62,323 nucleotides of DNA. It comes from a virus. Lineage: Duplodnaviria > Caudoviricetes. The position numbers were made by a program, and so were the translations under genes. The notes beneath the pieces are model-generated. The model saw only the letters and a list, made by a program, of their open reading frames with translations, was not told the DNA's origin and did not search any database. The DNA is taken from IMG/VR virus record IMGVR_UViG_3300032174_000007, positions 1 to 62,323 of that record. One strand, written 5' to 3'. Of this stretch, positions 47,361 to 57,888 are shown piece by piece; position 1 is the first letter of the stretch; every line of letters starts with the position of its first letter.

Positions 47361-47740
47361 GCCTTGAAGATCGTCTCGAAGCTATCCCTCACCACAAAGT
47401 CGATTTGACTGGCACTCCTGATGATCCTCGCGACATCGATCCGCACCGGCCGGAGATCACTATCTCCGCAGATTGGAGTGATAATCGCGGCGCACAGATA
47501 AACCTACACTTTGGCGCGCTATGGGCTCAAGACAACCGGTGGGCCGATCTGAACGTCTATGAGGCTCGTCAACTCGCGAAAGCAATCGTCGAAATTGCCA
47601 ACGCGGTCGAGCAGGCTTGCGAGAACCAAAACGAAGCTGATTATGATCGTCAACAAGAACAACTGATGGAAAGCGGCGGTGGTCCGAACCTGATCGAACA
47701 ACAACAAGCGGCTTATAAAATCAAGAGAGGCTTGCCATGA
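47357..47740 (+). CDS. Hypothetical protein
   Basis: GGAGG RBS, ATGA-coupled. Confidence 0.6.
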   Translation: MSLEDRLEAIPHHKVDLTGTPDDPRDIDPHRPEITISADWSDNRGAQINLHFGALWAQDNRWADLNVYEARQLAKAIVEIANAVEQACENQNEADYDRQQEQLMESGGGPNLIEQQQAAYKIKRGLP

Positions 47741-47979
47741 ACATCCTCTCGCAAGCCACCTCCGCAGAGGTCACCATCCGCCTCATCGAACGGCGCTCCT
47801 GCGATTTCATCATCCTCTATGACTCGCTCGATCTCGCCGCCATCTCGCATCGATCGACCGACAGGGCAGAGGCCAACCGCTTGTTTGCCCGGGCGGTCGA
47901 GGTTGCCAGGCTCGGGTTCTCGCATCCGGCTTGGCGAAGGAAGCAGAGACAGACCATCAACATCACACAAGGGGAGTAG
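47737..47979 (+). CDS. Hypothetical protein
   Basis: ATGA-coupled. Confidence 0.55.
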   Translation: MNILSQATSAEVTIRLIERRSCDFIILYDSLDLAAISHRSTDRAEANRLFARAVEVARLGFSHPAWRRKQRQTINITQGE

Positions 47980-47983
47980 AACC

Positions 47984-48817
47984 ATGGCTCGACCAAAATC
48001 AGGCTACAAGAACGCCGCCGGCTTGCCGGTGCCGGGAACCGGCGACATCAATGGCCGCTACATGAACCGCGAGCGCCTGCTCTATTGGGCATTCAACCGC
48101 GGCAAGCAGGGCCTGCCCAAACTCTACGACAACTCCGCGCTCGACATCGGCACGGCCGTCCACACCATGGCCGAGCTCGATCTTCGCGGCGACCCGGAAA
48201 AGGAAATCCTCTACTACCTCGAAGCCACGCTGACCTATGCCGAGGATCGCGAGAAGGCGGCGGCTTCCTTCAAGACTTTCCGCGCTTGGCGCTCGCAGTT
48301 CCATGTGGACGCCTACAAGCAGGAAATCTCGCTCGTCTCCGAGAAGCTCCAATTCGGCGGCACGCTCGACACCGTGGCCTTCATCCGCAGCGGCAAGGGC
48401 CTGCTCGAATTCAAGACTTCATCGGAAGTCTATGAGGATCACCTGTTACAGATGGCCGCCTACGGCATCCTGTGGGCCGAGAACAATCCGACCGAGCCGC
48501 TCGATGCCGGCTATCACTTGATCCTGCTGCCGAAGGATGGCTCCAAGCCGGTCCATCGGGAATTCACGCATGAGCAGCTGCACCCATTCCGGCAGAAGTT
48601 CTGGCTCTATCGGCAAGCGTACAACTACGAAGCGCCATGCAATGATCCCAAGGTTCTGGCCGGATCGAAGGTCGCGCCCTCACCGAAGCCAAAGGGGCGT
48701 GTCGTGCCGGTGCAGATGGCCATTCCCGACTGCCGGCTTGATCCACCGGCCGTGCAACTCTCCATGGGCGAGCTGCTACGCTCCTATGGACACATCAAGG
48801 AAGGAGTCGGGGCATGA
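47984..48817 (+). CDS. PD-(D/E)XK exonuclease (RecB/Cas4-like)
   Basis: GTAVH..E, FGGTLD..LLEFKTS..QMAAY. Confidence 0.8.
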   Translation: MARPKSGYKNAAGLPVPGTGDINGRYMNRERLLYWAFNRGKQGLPKLYDNSALDIGTAVHTMAELDLRGDPEKEILYYLEATLTYAEDREKAAASFKTFRAWRSQFHVDAYKQEISLVSEKLQFGGTLDTVAFIRSGKGLLEFKTSSEVYEDHLLQMAAYGILWAENNPTEPLDAGYHLILLPKDGSKPVHREFTHEQLHPFRQKFWLYRQAYNYEAPCNDPKVLAGSKVAPSPKPKGRVVPVQMAIPDCRLDPPAVQLSMGELLRSYGHIKEGVGA

Positions 48818-49065
48818 GTAGATGGCGCCCAATAAAATCCTTTCGCGGTCCAACTTCACGTTTTGGGCGCAAGGTTGATCTATGGCTCAGTATCTATGCC
48901 TCGCCTCGATCAATGGGCATGGCCGATGATTTCCGAGTAGTTGATTGTTGGCGCAAGGATGGAAAGTGGTTCCACGAATTCAAAGGTGAAGAAACAGAGC
49001 TTTTCACCGACTATGTCACGCATTGGTTACCCATACCACGTCCGCCATCAAGGAGAGGATCATGA
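48814..49065 (+). CDS. Small hypothetical protein (WRPI..VTHWLP type)
   Basis: DUF551-like terminal motifs. Confidence 0.6.
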   Translation: MSRWRPIKSFRGPTSRFGRKVDLWLSIYASPRSMGMADDFRVVDCWRKDGKWFHEFKGEETELFTDYVTHWLPIPRPPSRRGS

Positions 49066-49460
49066 CCGCAGCCGTCATCAAGATCAAATACGCCAACCCG
49101 CCCAAGGAGGGCAAGAAACAGGCCACGGTGAAAACCGACGACAACCAGATATTCGGCGTCTGGCCGAAGGAATTCGGTCTCCTGCGTCCCGGACAGACGT
49201 ACAAGGTGGAGTTCTCCGAGCGCGCGTTCAACGGCAAGACCTATCGAACGATCACCCGTTGCGAGCCCGTGTCAGATGTTGAGGAACCACCCTCGGGTTT
49301 GGCGCAACAGTCGCAACGTAGTTCTCAATCAAATGGCGAACAGGAATTCGTAGCCAGAGTGTTAGCTGCCAGCATCCAAGCCTGTTGCGTCTCGCACACC
49401 CAGGAAGCCCTGACCGCAGAAGCGAAGATGCTGCGGTCGGTCTACCGACAGGTGTTCTAG
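49062..49460 (+). CDS. Putative OB-fold ssDNA-binding protein
   Basis: Beta-rich N-terminus; next to exonuclease; inference only. Confidence 0.45.
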   Translation: MTAAVIKIKYANPPKEGKKQATVKTDDNQIFGVWPKEFGLLRPGQTYKVEFSERAFNGKTYRTITRCEPVSDVEEPPSGLAQQSQRSSQSNGEQEFVARVLAASIQACCVSHTQEALTAEAKMLRSVYRQVF

Positions 49461-49463
49461 GTC

Positions 49464-52400
49464 TCAATGCACCGCCGTCGCCTTCCCCTGCAGCGGCGCC
49501 CGCTTCACCTCGATCGCCTTCCTGATGATGCTTTCCGGCCCGCTCGCCGACTGCATCATGATCATGTTGGCCGCCCGCTCATGCGCGGCCGTGATCTCCT
49601 TGTGCATCTCGATCGCCTTCAAGGCATCCGGCATCTGCTGGAATCCCGGGACGGCGACCAGCCGGTTGAGCGCCATCTTGGCCATCTTTCCCGCCACCCG
49701 CGCGTAATCGTGGTATTGCTGATCGGTCAGGGGCACGCCCCTGATCTTGCGCGCAAGCCTGCCCACGCTCAGATGGATCGCGTCCATCGCCTTGACCACC
49801 GGATCGTTGGCGTAGCTCGGCAGCGGGCCGGCGGTCGGGATCGGTTCGCCGAACATGTCGCGGCGGGGGAATAGGCCTTCCGAGACGAAGGGAATTTTCG
49901 CTCGCGCGGAATCGAAGATGGTGCGCACCTCCCTTTGGTACGGATCAACAACCCGGGCAACCTGGCCCAAGCCGACCGAGTACGGAATCCAATTGGTCAC
50001 GAAGTTGCGGATATATTGGCCACCGAACTCCTCCGGGTGGAACACGGCATCGAGCATATCCTTGGCGCCGCGCATCCAGGTTTCGTTGAGGATCGACCGG
50101 GTGATCCCTTGCATGAACGCGACAGCGAGCTTATCGCCATCTTCCTCACCCCATCCGGCGGCAGTCTCGTACATGTTGGCGGCAAAGCCCATCAACATTC
50201 CAAGGCTTCCGAGGTGGGCGTAGGGAATACTGAGCCCCCCAATCTGGATGGTGTTCGGCTTGTGGTTCAAGAGCCAAACCTGCCGTTGCCTTGGATCGGT
50301 CGGCCCGTCGCTGGTCATCAGCCCTTCGGCCATCATCAGCACGCTCGCCCCCATCAGGCCCATACCCGCCGCAACCTTCCCCATCTGGATGTCGAAGTCG
50401 GCACCGCCGCGTCCTAGATTGGCGCGAAACTCCTTATCAAAGATGCCGATCGGCGTGCGCTCGATGATGGCGTTGCGCGTGATCTGGCTGCCGATCTTCA
50501 TGAATGGCACAATGATCTTGGCAAGGAGGTTGTTATTGGTGAAACGCACTAGTCCAGCCCATTTGCTGTGGTAGTCGGTCGGCGCCATGTAGAGTTCTTT
50601 GAGCGCGTCACGGCTGGCGCTCGCCATCATGGCATCGGTCGGGTGTGCCGTGAGTTGCGCGATTCGGCTCGGCATGTCGGCGGCAGCCTCCCCCATTGCC
50701 TGGCGGTAGGCGAGACCTTGAATGTTCTGCTCATAGCGCAGCGCTGCGAAGAACGAATGGATAGCCGCCACACCCTTGACCGGAAGCCCGATCGCGGCCC
50801 CGATCGCGCCTGGGATCGGATTGATGTTGTGCTCGGAGAACTGCACGGTCGGTGCCCGCTGCCCCGGCAGGTTTATGGTCTGGCCGCTGTGCCAGGCGTC
50901 TACCCCAGCCCGCAAACCATCCACACTGCCCTTGAGGAGTCCGTAGAGCTGCGCGCCGGCTTCCCCGAGATAGACCCGCTTGCCAGCGGTATCGTAACCC
51001 AGGGCCTCGCGTATAGCGCCCGAGGCCGCCGAATAGGGTATCTCGACCAATGGGGTGAAAACCGCGTTCAAAGCGTTGCCAACCGCATAGCGCATGTGCG
51101 TGATCGGCCCGGAAATGAGTGCATTGACGTAGTAGAAAATAACCGCCCGCTTGATCTTTCCTCCCGCCGTATCGGCAATCAATCGCGATACGTTTGATGG
51201 TGTCGGAAGATGCTGCCCGTACTGCGCCATCTCCTTGATCTGAAACAGCGTCCGCCCGGTATTCTCCTGCAGGAACCGCGAGAGGTCGGCTGCCTCCTTC
51301 TGGCCGCCGATGATCAGGTTGAGAGCGCGGCCGGCACGTCCCCATTCGGCCGTGGCCTGCGCGACCTTGCCCTGGATCATCTCGTGGCGGGCAATCGCTG
51401 CGGCGAGCGCCATCAGGTCGTGCTCGTCCCCGGTTGCCGCCTGCTTCATCAGGTCGCGCACGTCGGTCGCCGACTGGATCAGCAGCCGCTTGGCGACGAT
51501 GATTTCCTGCTGGTTGAAGGCGTCCCCGATCTTCTTCAGATCCAGGAATGCCGGGTCCATGCCCATGGCGTCGGCGAGGTCGAGTGCCTGCCCGTCCGTG
51601 ATGACGTGGCGGCGCTCGGCCATGAAGCCGCCGGTACGCTCGGCTGCTTCTCGGATTGCGATGTCGAAGTCGTCCGGACCATTGAGCTTGTCGAGCCGGA
51701 TGTTGCCGGCCTTGTCGGTCGCGCCGGAATCCGAAGGGCCAAATCTTACGTTGGGGTCTGTTGGGACTTCGCTTCGAGCGACCTTTGATGCACTAGCGCC
51801 TTCGCCCTCCCCCTCACCTCCGCCCGCGCCGAGCGCTCCAGGTTGCGCAGCAACTCCCGCTTCTCCACCGACAGGTCCGGGCGCATTGCCATCACGGTCA
51901 GATTGCGCACCTCCTGGCGGGCCGCCTGGAGCTCCTTCTCCTGCTGGTTTGCGTCCGGTATCGGCAAGGCGGTTTTCCTCTTCTTCGGGCGCATGGGTGG
52001 CAGCAATCCTATCACGCTCGGACTGCGCCGTCACCATGGCGGGGTAAACTTCCTGCGGCGGCAATCGTTCCGCCTCGGCTTCATGAATGTCGGCAAAACC
52101 TTGGGCGGTTGGCCGCTCGGGCGTGATAATCGCCTCATGCTCGCGCGAGGCCAGAAGGCGACGATACACGCCCCGCATTTCGTCGCTGATGCCAACGAAT
52201 TCCTTGCCGGCTCCAGTCTCCCTGGCTTCCTTGATCAGATTGTCGATGGTCTTGTAGATTTCCAGGAGCCAATCGCGGAACTTGGCGAAGACCTTCGCCA
52301 TCGCCTGACTCGGGGCGCGGCCTTCCATCATAAATATTTCAAAGCCGCGGGCAAAACTCTCATGATGGCGCTCGCGGATGTCCTCGGCTTTATCGACCTT

Positions 52401-55400
52401 GAACCAATCCAGCACCGTCTTGGCGTCAGCTTTGAGATCGGGCGGTGCGTCAGGATCCCGCGCATCGTCCATCAGTTCTTCGAGCCATTTGTGGGCGGGT
52501 TCATGCAGGAGGGTGGAGGCGTTGGCGTCCCTGAAATAGGTGATTATCGAGGTGCCATCGTTAAGGAAGCGGATTTTGCCGCGCTTGGTCTGGAACAGGG
52601 GGAAGCCTTGGGAGGTGGCGGCCTCGCGGAGTTCGGGCGTGATGTCGAGGGTGTGGACTGGGGCAGTTCCTTCCATACCGACCGTTTCATCGAAGGCATA
52701 GCTACCGCCGGGATATTCACTTTCCACAAGATGTTGCGCGTAGCTTTCATCGTGAATGCCGCGCTCGACAATCTGCCCGGCGCGATCGCGCACAACGAAT
52801 GGAACATCGATGTCACGCTGATCGAAAGTGGGAACACGGGCCTCACCAACCTTCGCCCCAAACTTCTTGCCCAGCTTGCTCCCCGCCGCCGGCAGTATCT
52901 TGTCGTAGAAGCCCTTCATGCCTTCGCCGCCGACCTTGAGGTCGAGGCCGGAAAGTTCGCGATGAATGCCGATCTTTTGACCGGCGAGTTCGCGGTTGCG
53001 GTTGATCTCCGCAGCTTTGTTGTTGAAGTATCGCTCGGCGTATTCCCTGGCCTCTGCCTCGCTCTGGACGGTGCCCTTGCCGATATCTACTTGGCGGCCA
53101 TCCACATTTCGGACGATGTACTGATGCTCGGTCTGCTCGACCGTCAGATACTCCTTGTAGACGTGAGGCAGCATCTTGATCTCGGTCGGCTTCTGGTCGA
53201 GCAGCTTCTGCGCTACGTCCTTGCCGATGAGATCGGGCAATTCCTCAGCGGTCGCTTTGCGGCGCACGACCACCTCGCCGCTATGATCCTTGGCCTGGAA
53301 GTCACCCGTTGTCTCGTTCCAGCGGACAGATTGAATCTGCTTGCTCAGGTCATACCGTTCCGCATTGGTATCCCCGCTGTCCCAGGAGAGACGGTCGTAG
53401 CCGTTCTCGGCGGCGTAGCGGATCATCCTTTTCAGTGCCAACTCGGGCCACGTGGTCTTGAAGGGGGCGTCGGGGACGCCTCCATGCGTAGCGCGATCAC
53501 GCTCGCGCATAAGTTCGCCATGCCGTCGGTTTAGATCAGGATGCTTGAGCCATGCGTCATGCCAATCGCCGGGTGAATTGGCATTTATCGACGGCTCGCG
53601 GTGCAACAACTCGGTGCGCGTATCGTCTACGTCGCGGTCGATCTCCGCGACCGATCGGCCTTCACCAGCGTAACCCTGCTTCCTCCCCTTCTGGTGCCAG
53701 TCGCTCTGGATCTCTGCCAGATGCAGCGTCTTCTTTCCGTCGATGACGCGATCATCAAATCTCACATGGGCGAGGACGTTGGGCTCGTCCCAGTGGGAGG
53801 ATTTGAATTGATCCTCTCGTGGGCGCTCCATCAGCCGATAGAGTTCATCGCGTTCCTCTTGGGTTGCGTGATCAACGAAGTTGCCGCCACGTGGTTCGTA
53901 TTTTTCCGCGAGCGCATCGCGAAACCGCTGTGCTTCACTCGGTCCCGCTGGCAGCGTCAGCAGCAGCTCGCGATAGTTCTCACCGCCGGGGAGCCTATAG
54001 GTCTCGAATTTCGTGCTGCCTTGCGTGTTCCAGCCGGACGGTCCGGTCTGGCGATGTTCGACCTCGCGCACCTCGATCGCGTTCGCGCGCACGTAATCCG
54101 CGATCTCCTGCTTGGTCACTGAGCCTTTCTGCTCCTTGAGCCAATCCGGCAGGCCGAGCCAGTCCATTTCCTCACTTTTGACGCCGGGCGTGTTCTTGAG
54201 CGTGGCGAGCCATTGCTGCGGGGAGGCTTTTTCTTGGCGTGCAGATTCGACCGCGCGGGCGACAGCGGAGTAGGACCACGGCACTTGCCGGGCCTGGAAC
54301 AGCTCGCGTTGCTTGGCCGCATCCCCGAACAACCCGATGTCCATCGGCTTCTGCTCGGCCTTGGGCTTCAATGCTTGATCGGCGCGCCGCTGCGCCAGCT
54401 CCGCATCGCTGATCCGCTCGCCGCCGGGGAGAACTTGCTGGCCCTCCGCCTCTCTTTCAGCAAATAATCCAGGCTCGACCGGCCTGCGTGCCGCTTGCGC
54501 AAACTCCGGTTCCTCCATCACCGCCCGTTCATAGGCCACGCCCGGGTCGGTCACACCCTCGCGGTCCATGATCTCGACCGCGCGATCCTTGATCTTCTCC
54601 GACACGCTTGCCGGGTCGATGCCGGCCGCCGCCAAGTGGGTCTCAAGCTTCCCCATCATCCGGTGCAGCTCTTCGTCCACGTCGATCGCCTGCGCCGGCT
54701 CGAAGCCATGGATAAACTGCTTTTCCCCGCGCGCCTCCTTGTCGATCAGGTCCAAGAGCTCGACGTGCCCGACCTTGGCCTCGGTGCCTTCGATGTCGGC
54801 GCGGTCGAACATGTGGCCGCTTTCCTTCAGCGCCTCCACGGCATGATCCAAGTCCATACCGCTCTTGCGCAGCAGCGGCCCAAAGCCGCCACCGATCATC
54901 GGGTTTTTGCCGAGTATTTGCCGCAACTCTGGCGTCGGCTTAAGACCACCCAACGCGGCCAATTGCTCAAACAGCGAACGCTCAGCCTCCGGCTTGAGCG
55001 TGCGCCTGCCACCGCGGGCTCGGGCTTCCGCCCCCGGTGCCCGCGCCCCTGTGCCCCGGTCGGCTGCGAGGTCGCGGTAGCGTGTACCTTCGCCACGGTA
55101 ACGGAGAGGATCAGCCGCATAGAGTTCGGCGGCCGTGCCTTTCTTGCCCTCAAAGCGGAGCGCCCGGTCGGCGTACCGCTGCGCATTGATGGCGGCGGCG
55201 GCTTGCGCCTGCTCGGCCGGAATGCCTATGGCCACAAGCTTCCTCTCCTCCGCGTCTGCAATGGTCGTGAACATCGCTGGCGTGGCTATGGACTGGCCTT
55301 GCGGCAGTTGGGGTGCCGCTGGTGCCCCAGGAAGGACTGGTGTACCAGCGGCCCCGCCAGCCGGCGCCCGGGCGCTCTCCAGCGTTCCAGCACCGGCTGC

Positions 55401-57047
55401 GGATGGAATTTCAGCTTTGCTCACGGACTTGTGATGATCGACGGCGGCGTTGGGATCGACGTGAGGATCGGGCGGCGGATTCTTGACCGTCTCGTGCTCG
55501 ATCTTGGCGAGGTAGCCGTCGATTTCCTCGGTGTAGGCTTTCCAGGAGACGCCATCGGCTTCGACTGCGGCGCGCTCGGCCGGGGTGGCGCGGTTGGTAT
55601 GGGCGGCGTCGTAAGGCATTCCAGCCACCATGGCGGCGCGCTCATCCTGTTCATGGATGGTCAGGTATTTGTGCAGGTTGGCGGGATTGCCGTCCTTGTC
55701 CTTGAGGATAGGCGAGAATTCCGGGATGCGCGGGTCGATATAGGTGACGCCAGGGGTATCCTTGCTGGCAACCGCGCCGGAGCGCACGTCATGGGTGGTA
55801 TCGACGGCCCCGACCGCGCCCGGCTCCTGTTTCACGTGAAACAATGTGGGCGCGATCGTCCGCTCGGCGTCCTTGTAGGTCTTGGCCACCTCGGGGGCGA
55901 GCTCGGCCAGCCGCTTGTCGATGCCGGCGAGGTTGGCCTCGATCTCCTGGCGGGTTGCGGCCTTCTCAGGCGTCAGGGCGGGTTCCGCGGCGAGGTCGTT
56001 CGCCCAATTGCGGAATGTGGCCTGCCGCTCCTTGAGCGCGTCGTATTCGCCGAATAGGGGAAAGTCGAGCTGGCGGGCGACGGAGTGGATATCGGCGACG
56101 GCCGGAGTGACGGGCGCGGGAGCCGGCGGGATGGGTGCCCCTTCCTGGGGTGTGATGCCGGCCTTCTCCTGTGCCTCCCGCTCGGCCTGCAACTGCTTGA
56201 TGGCCATCAGCGCCCGATCCACCTCGGGCACATCTGCGGTCTGGGCGGTGCCTTTCCAGGCCGCCTCGCCGCCCGGGCCGATGATCTTGAGATAGCGCGC
56301 CGCCTCGATCTGATGCGGCCCGGGTGCCTCCAGCATGGCCCCCTGGAGCATGATGTTGATGTCTTGGGCGAGCCGGCCGGGGGCGCCTCCTGCCAAGCCA
56401 GCCTGATCCGCTAGTGCCGCAATCTCGCCGGCCGCACCGCCGATCACCATGCCCGGGGCGCGGATGGCGCTCTCGGCTCCGGCCAGCAGCGCCTTGGCGC
56501 GCGGGCCTAAATATCTGAGGATCGGAAACCGCTCGATATCCGCTGGCGTAATCCCCGGCGGCTTTTCGCCGAAGCCTTCCTTGGCGGCTTCCCAGGTGGT
56601 CTCAAGGAACCTGCGGGCCTGCTCCTGCTGCTCGGGTGAAGCCGCGTTGGTGAACGGATGCACATGCGGCCACAGCAGGACTTGGCTTGCGACCTTGGCG
56701 AAGCTGTTGCGGCTTGTCTCGTAGTCCTTCCAGGCCCCGGAGAGTTTCATGAAGTCTCTGGTTTCATCGGAAGGTGGTGGGGCGCCCCAATTATCCTTGG
56801 CACCTTGGCCGAAGGCGTCGAGCACGCGGGCTTGCGGGGCGACGGCGGCGTTTCCGAAGATCATATCGGCGATCGGGGAGGCACCGTGCAGCGGGCGCGG
56901 AGTGGATGGTGCGGGCTTGTCGGGGAACAGCGTCTCCACCTCGGGGAGGGGCTTGTCGGGAAAGAGGTCGTTAACGTCCGGTAGGCCGGCGGCGGCCTGA
57001 GGCGGCGCGGCAGGCGACGGAGAGGTTGAGAGGGTGGGGTCGGCCAT
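49464..57047 (-). CDS. Giant internal virion (ejection) polyvalent protein
   Basis: ~2527 aa; HExxH metallopeptidase (STLLHEPAH..ESFARGFE), EIQSDW domain, LPD38-like C-terminal region. Confidence 0.8.
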   Translation of the reverse strand: MADPTLSTSPSPAAPPQAAAGLPDVNDLFPDKPLPEVETLFPDKPAPSTPRPLHGASPIADMIFGNAAVAPQARVLDAFGQGAKDNWGAPPPSDETRDFMKLSGAWKDYETSRNSFAKVASQVLLWPHVHPFTNAASPEQQEQARRFLETTWEAAKEGFGEKPPGITPADIERFPILRYLGPRAKALLAGAESAIRAPGMVIGGAAGEIAALADQAGLAGGAPGRLAQDINIMLQGAMLEAPGPHQIEAARYLKIIGPGGEAAWKGTAQTADVPEVDRALMAIKQLQAEREAQEKAGITPQEGAPIPPAPAPVTPAVADIHSVARQLDFPLFGEYDALKERQATFRNWANDLAAEPALTPEKAATRQEIEANLAGIDKRLAELAPEVAKTYKDAERTIAPTLFHVKQEPGAVGAVDTTHDVRSGAVASKDTPGVTYIDPRIPEFSPILKDKDGNPANLHKYLTIHEQDERAAMVAGMPYDAAHTNRATPAERAAVEADGVSWKAYTEEIDGYLAKIEHETVKNPPPDPHVDPNAAVDHHKSVSKAEIPSAAGAGTLESARAPAGGAAGTPVLPGAPAAPQLPQGQSIATPAMFTTIADAEERKLVAIGIPAEQAQAAAAINAQRYADRALRFEGKKGTAAELYAADPLRYRGEGTRYRDLAADRGTGARAPGAEARARGGRRTLKPEAERSLFEQLAALGGLKPTPELRQILGKNPMIGGGFGPLLRKSGMDLDHAVEALKESGHMFDRADIEGTEAKVGHVELLDLIDKEARGEKQFIHGFEPAQAIDVDEELHRMMGKLETHLAAAGIDPASVSEKIKDRAVEIMDREGVTDPGVAYERAVMEEPEFAQAARRPVEPGLFAEREAEGQQVLPGGERISDAELAQRRADQALKPKAEQKPMDIGLFGDAAKQRELFQARQVPWSYSAVARAVESARQEKASPQQWLATLKNTPGVKSEEMDWLGLPDWLKEQKGSVTKQEIADYVRANAIEVREVEHRQTGPSGWNTQGSTKFETYRLPGGENYRELLLTLPAGPSEAQRFRDALAEKYEPRGGNFVDHATQEERDELYRLMERPREDQFKSSHWDEPNVLAHVRFDDRVIDGKKTLHLAEIQSDWHQKGRKQGYAGEGRSVAEIDRDVDDTRTELLHREPSINANSPGDWHDAWLKHPDLNRRHGELMRERDRATHGGVPDAPFKTTWPELALKRMIRYAAENGYDRLSWDSGDTNAERYDLSKQIQSVRWNETTGDFQAKDHSGEVVVRRKATAEELPDLIGKDVAQKLLDQKPTEIKMLPHVYKEYLTVEQTEHQYIVRNVDGRQVDIGKGTVQSEAEAREYAERYFNNKAAEINRNRELAGQKIGIHRELSGLDLKVGGEGMKGFYDKILPAAGSKLGKKFGAKVGEARVPTFDQRDIDVPFVVRDRAGQIVERGIHDESYAQHLVESEYPGGSYAFDETVGMEGTAPVHTLDITPELREAATSQGFPLFQTKRGKIRFLNDGTSIITYFRDANASTLLHEPAHKWLEELMDDARDPDAPPDLKADAKTVLDWFKVDKAEDIRERHHESFARGFEIFMMEGRAPSQAMAKVFAKFRDWLLEIYKTIDNLIKEARETGAGKEFVGISDEMRGVYRRLLASREHEAIITPERPTAQGFADIHEAEAERLPPQEVYPAMVTAQSERDRIAATHAPEEEENRLADTGRKPAGEGAPGGPPGGAQSDRDGNAPGPVGGEAGVAAQPGALGAGGGEGEGEGASASKVARSEVPTDPNVRFGPSDSGATDKAGNIRLDKLNGPDDFDIAIREAAERTGGFMAERRHVITDGQALDLADAMGMDPAFLDLKKIGDAFNQQEIIVAKRLLIQSATDVRDLMKQAATGDEHDLMALAAAIARHEMIQGKVAQATAEWGRAGRALNLIIGGQKEAADLSRFLQENTGRTLFQIKEMAQYGQHLPTPSNVSRLIADTAGGKIKRAVIFYYVNALISGPITHMRYAVGNALNAVFTPLVEIPYSAASGAIREALGYDTAGKRVYLGEAGAQLYGLLKGSVDGLRAGVDAWHSGQTINLPGQRAPTVQFSEHNINPIPGAIGAAIGLPVKGVAAIHSFFAALRYEQNIQGLAYRQAMGEAAADMPSRIAQLTAHPTDAMMASASRDALKELYMAPTDYHSKWAGLVRFTNNNLLAKIIVPFMKIGSQITRNAIIERTPIGIFDKEFRANLGRGGADFDIQMGKVAAGMGLMGASVLMMAEGLMTSDGPTDPRQRQVWLLNHKPNTIQIGGLSIPYAHLGSLGMLMGFAANMYETAAGWGEEDGDKLAVAFMQGITRSILNETWMRGAKDMLDAVFHPEEFGGQYIRNFVTNWIPYSVGLGQVARVVDPYQREVRTIFDSARAKIPFVSEGLFPRRDMFGEPIPTAGPLPSYANDPVVKAMDAIHLSVGRLARKIRGVPLTDQQYHDYARVAGKMAKMALNRLVAVPGFQQMPDALKAIEMHKEITAAHERAANMIMMQSASGPESIIRKAIEVKRAPLQGKATAVH

Positions 57048-57131
57048 TTGGATCAAGGCTTGGCTTGTGGGTGGATCAACTCTGAGCGGTCAGGGATCGT
57101 TGTGGGGACGATTGCAGAAGTGTCGTGCAGT

Positions 57132-57572
57132 TCAACGTCGCTCAAGGATGAGCAATCCGCCTTGGGTGTAGCCGGCCCGACGCCAGCCGGCCCGCAGAAA
57201 GCAATATCCAGGATTCGTGCTCCGGACCTTCTCCGGATGGACCTTGGTGTAATGCCTCTCACCAGGCCAGCAGTGATCAGCGATTGCGTCAGCCTGCTTG
57301 ATAAGCTCTGAACTTTGGTAGCGGCGGGGTGCCTCGTTGCGGAAGCAAGAGCATTCGATGCCTTCCTGCTTTGGGATTGTGTCATCGATATACTTTCGCC
57401 AAATAAACATGGCGTCGGCGTCGGCGGTTCGCAGGAAGATGACAAAACCGGGACCGGCGCATTGGGTGCGCTCCCGGCCGTCCGCGTACCGATTGCAGCT
57501 GTAGTGGCGCTCATAAAGTTCCAGGCAAGACTTGTCGCCGTCCCTCGTCAGATACCAAAGCGGCTCAAGCAA
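57132..57572 (-). CDS. Mom-like (GNAT-fold) DNA-modification protein
   Basis: LYERHYS..FRNE..SSELI..YT.V..S.NPGYCF..AGW; family call from memory. Confidence 0.55.
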   Translation of the reverse strand: MLEPLWYLTRDGDKSCLELYERHYSCNRYADGRERTQCAGPGFVIFLRTADADAMFIWRKYIDDTIPKQEGIECSCFRNEAPRRYQSSELIKQADAIADHCWPGERHYTKVHPEKVRSTNPGYCFLRAGWRRAGYTQGGLLILERR

Positions 57573-57789
57573 CGACCGGGCCTTTCCAACGCAGAACGCA
57601 GCCGTGATGTCCAGGCGCTGGTATGCAATGCACGATGCCGGCTGAATCCGTGACGCGATGCGTGGTGCTGTCGGCGCGAAACTCAACACTGATCGGGCTG
57701 TGAATGCGGTATGGCGTCGGCCGCCCATCAAATTCGTATTCGCGCCATTCCTCGACGCCAGCCAGTTCGATCTTTTTCAGGTCACTCAT
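57565..57789 (-). CDS. Hypothetical cargo protein
   Basis: AAGGAG RBS; WREYEF..THRV.D..G..H. Confidence 0.7.
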   Translation of the reverse strand: MSDLKKIELAGVEEWREYEFDGRPTPYRIHSPISVEFRADSTTHRVTDSAGIVHCIPAPGHHGCVLRWKGPVVA

Positions 57790-57888
57790 TTGGTCTCCTT
57801 TGTAACTTCCGCTCTATTCCCGTATCGTCCCCAGCCTCCGGCCTCTGATCACCAGTCAGGCTTCCAGAGCGCTCATTGTCCCAAAATC

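Noticed and set aside
47984-48817. Cas4 or CRISPR adaptation gene
   Set aside because: Lacks the Fe-S cysteine set and there is no array; better read as an ordinary phage exonuclease.
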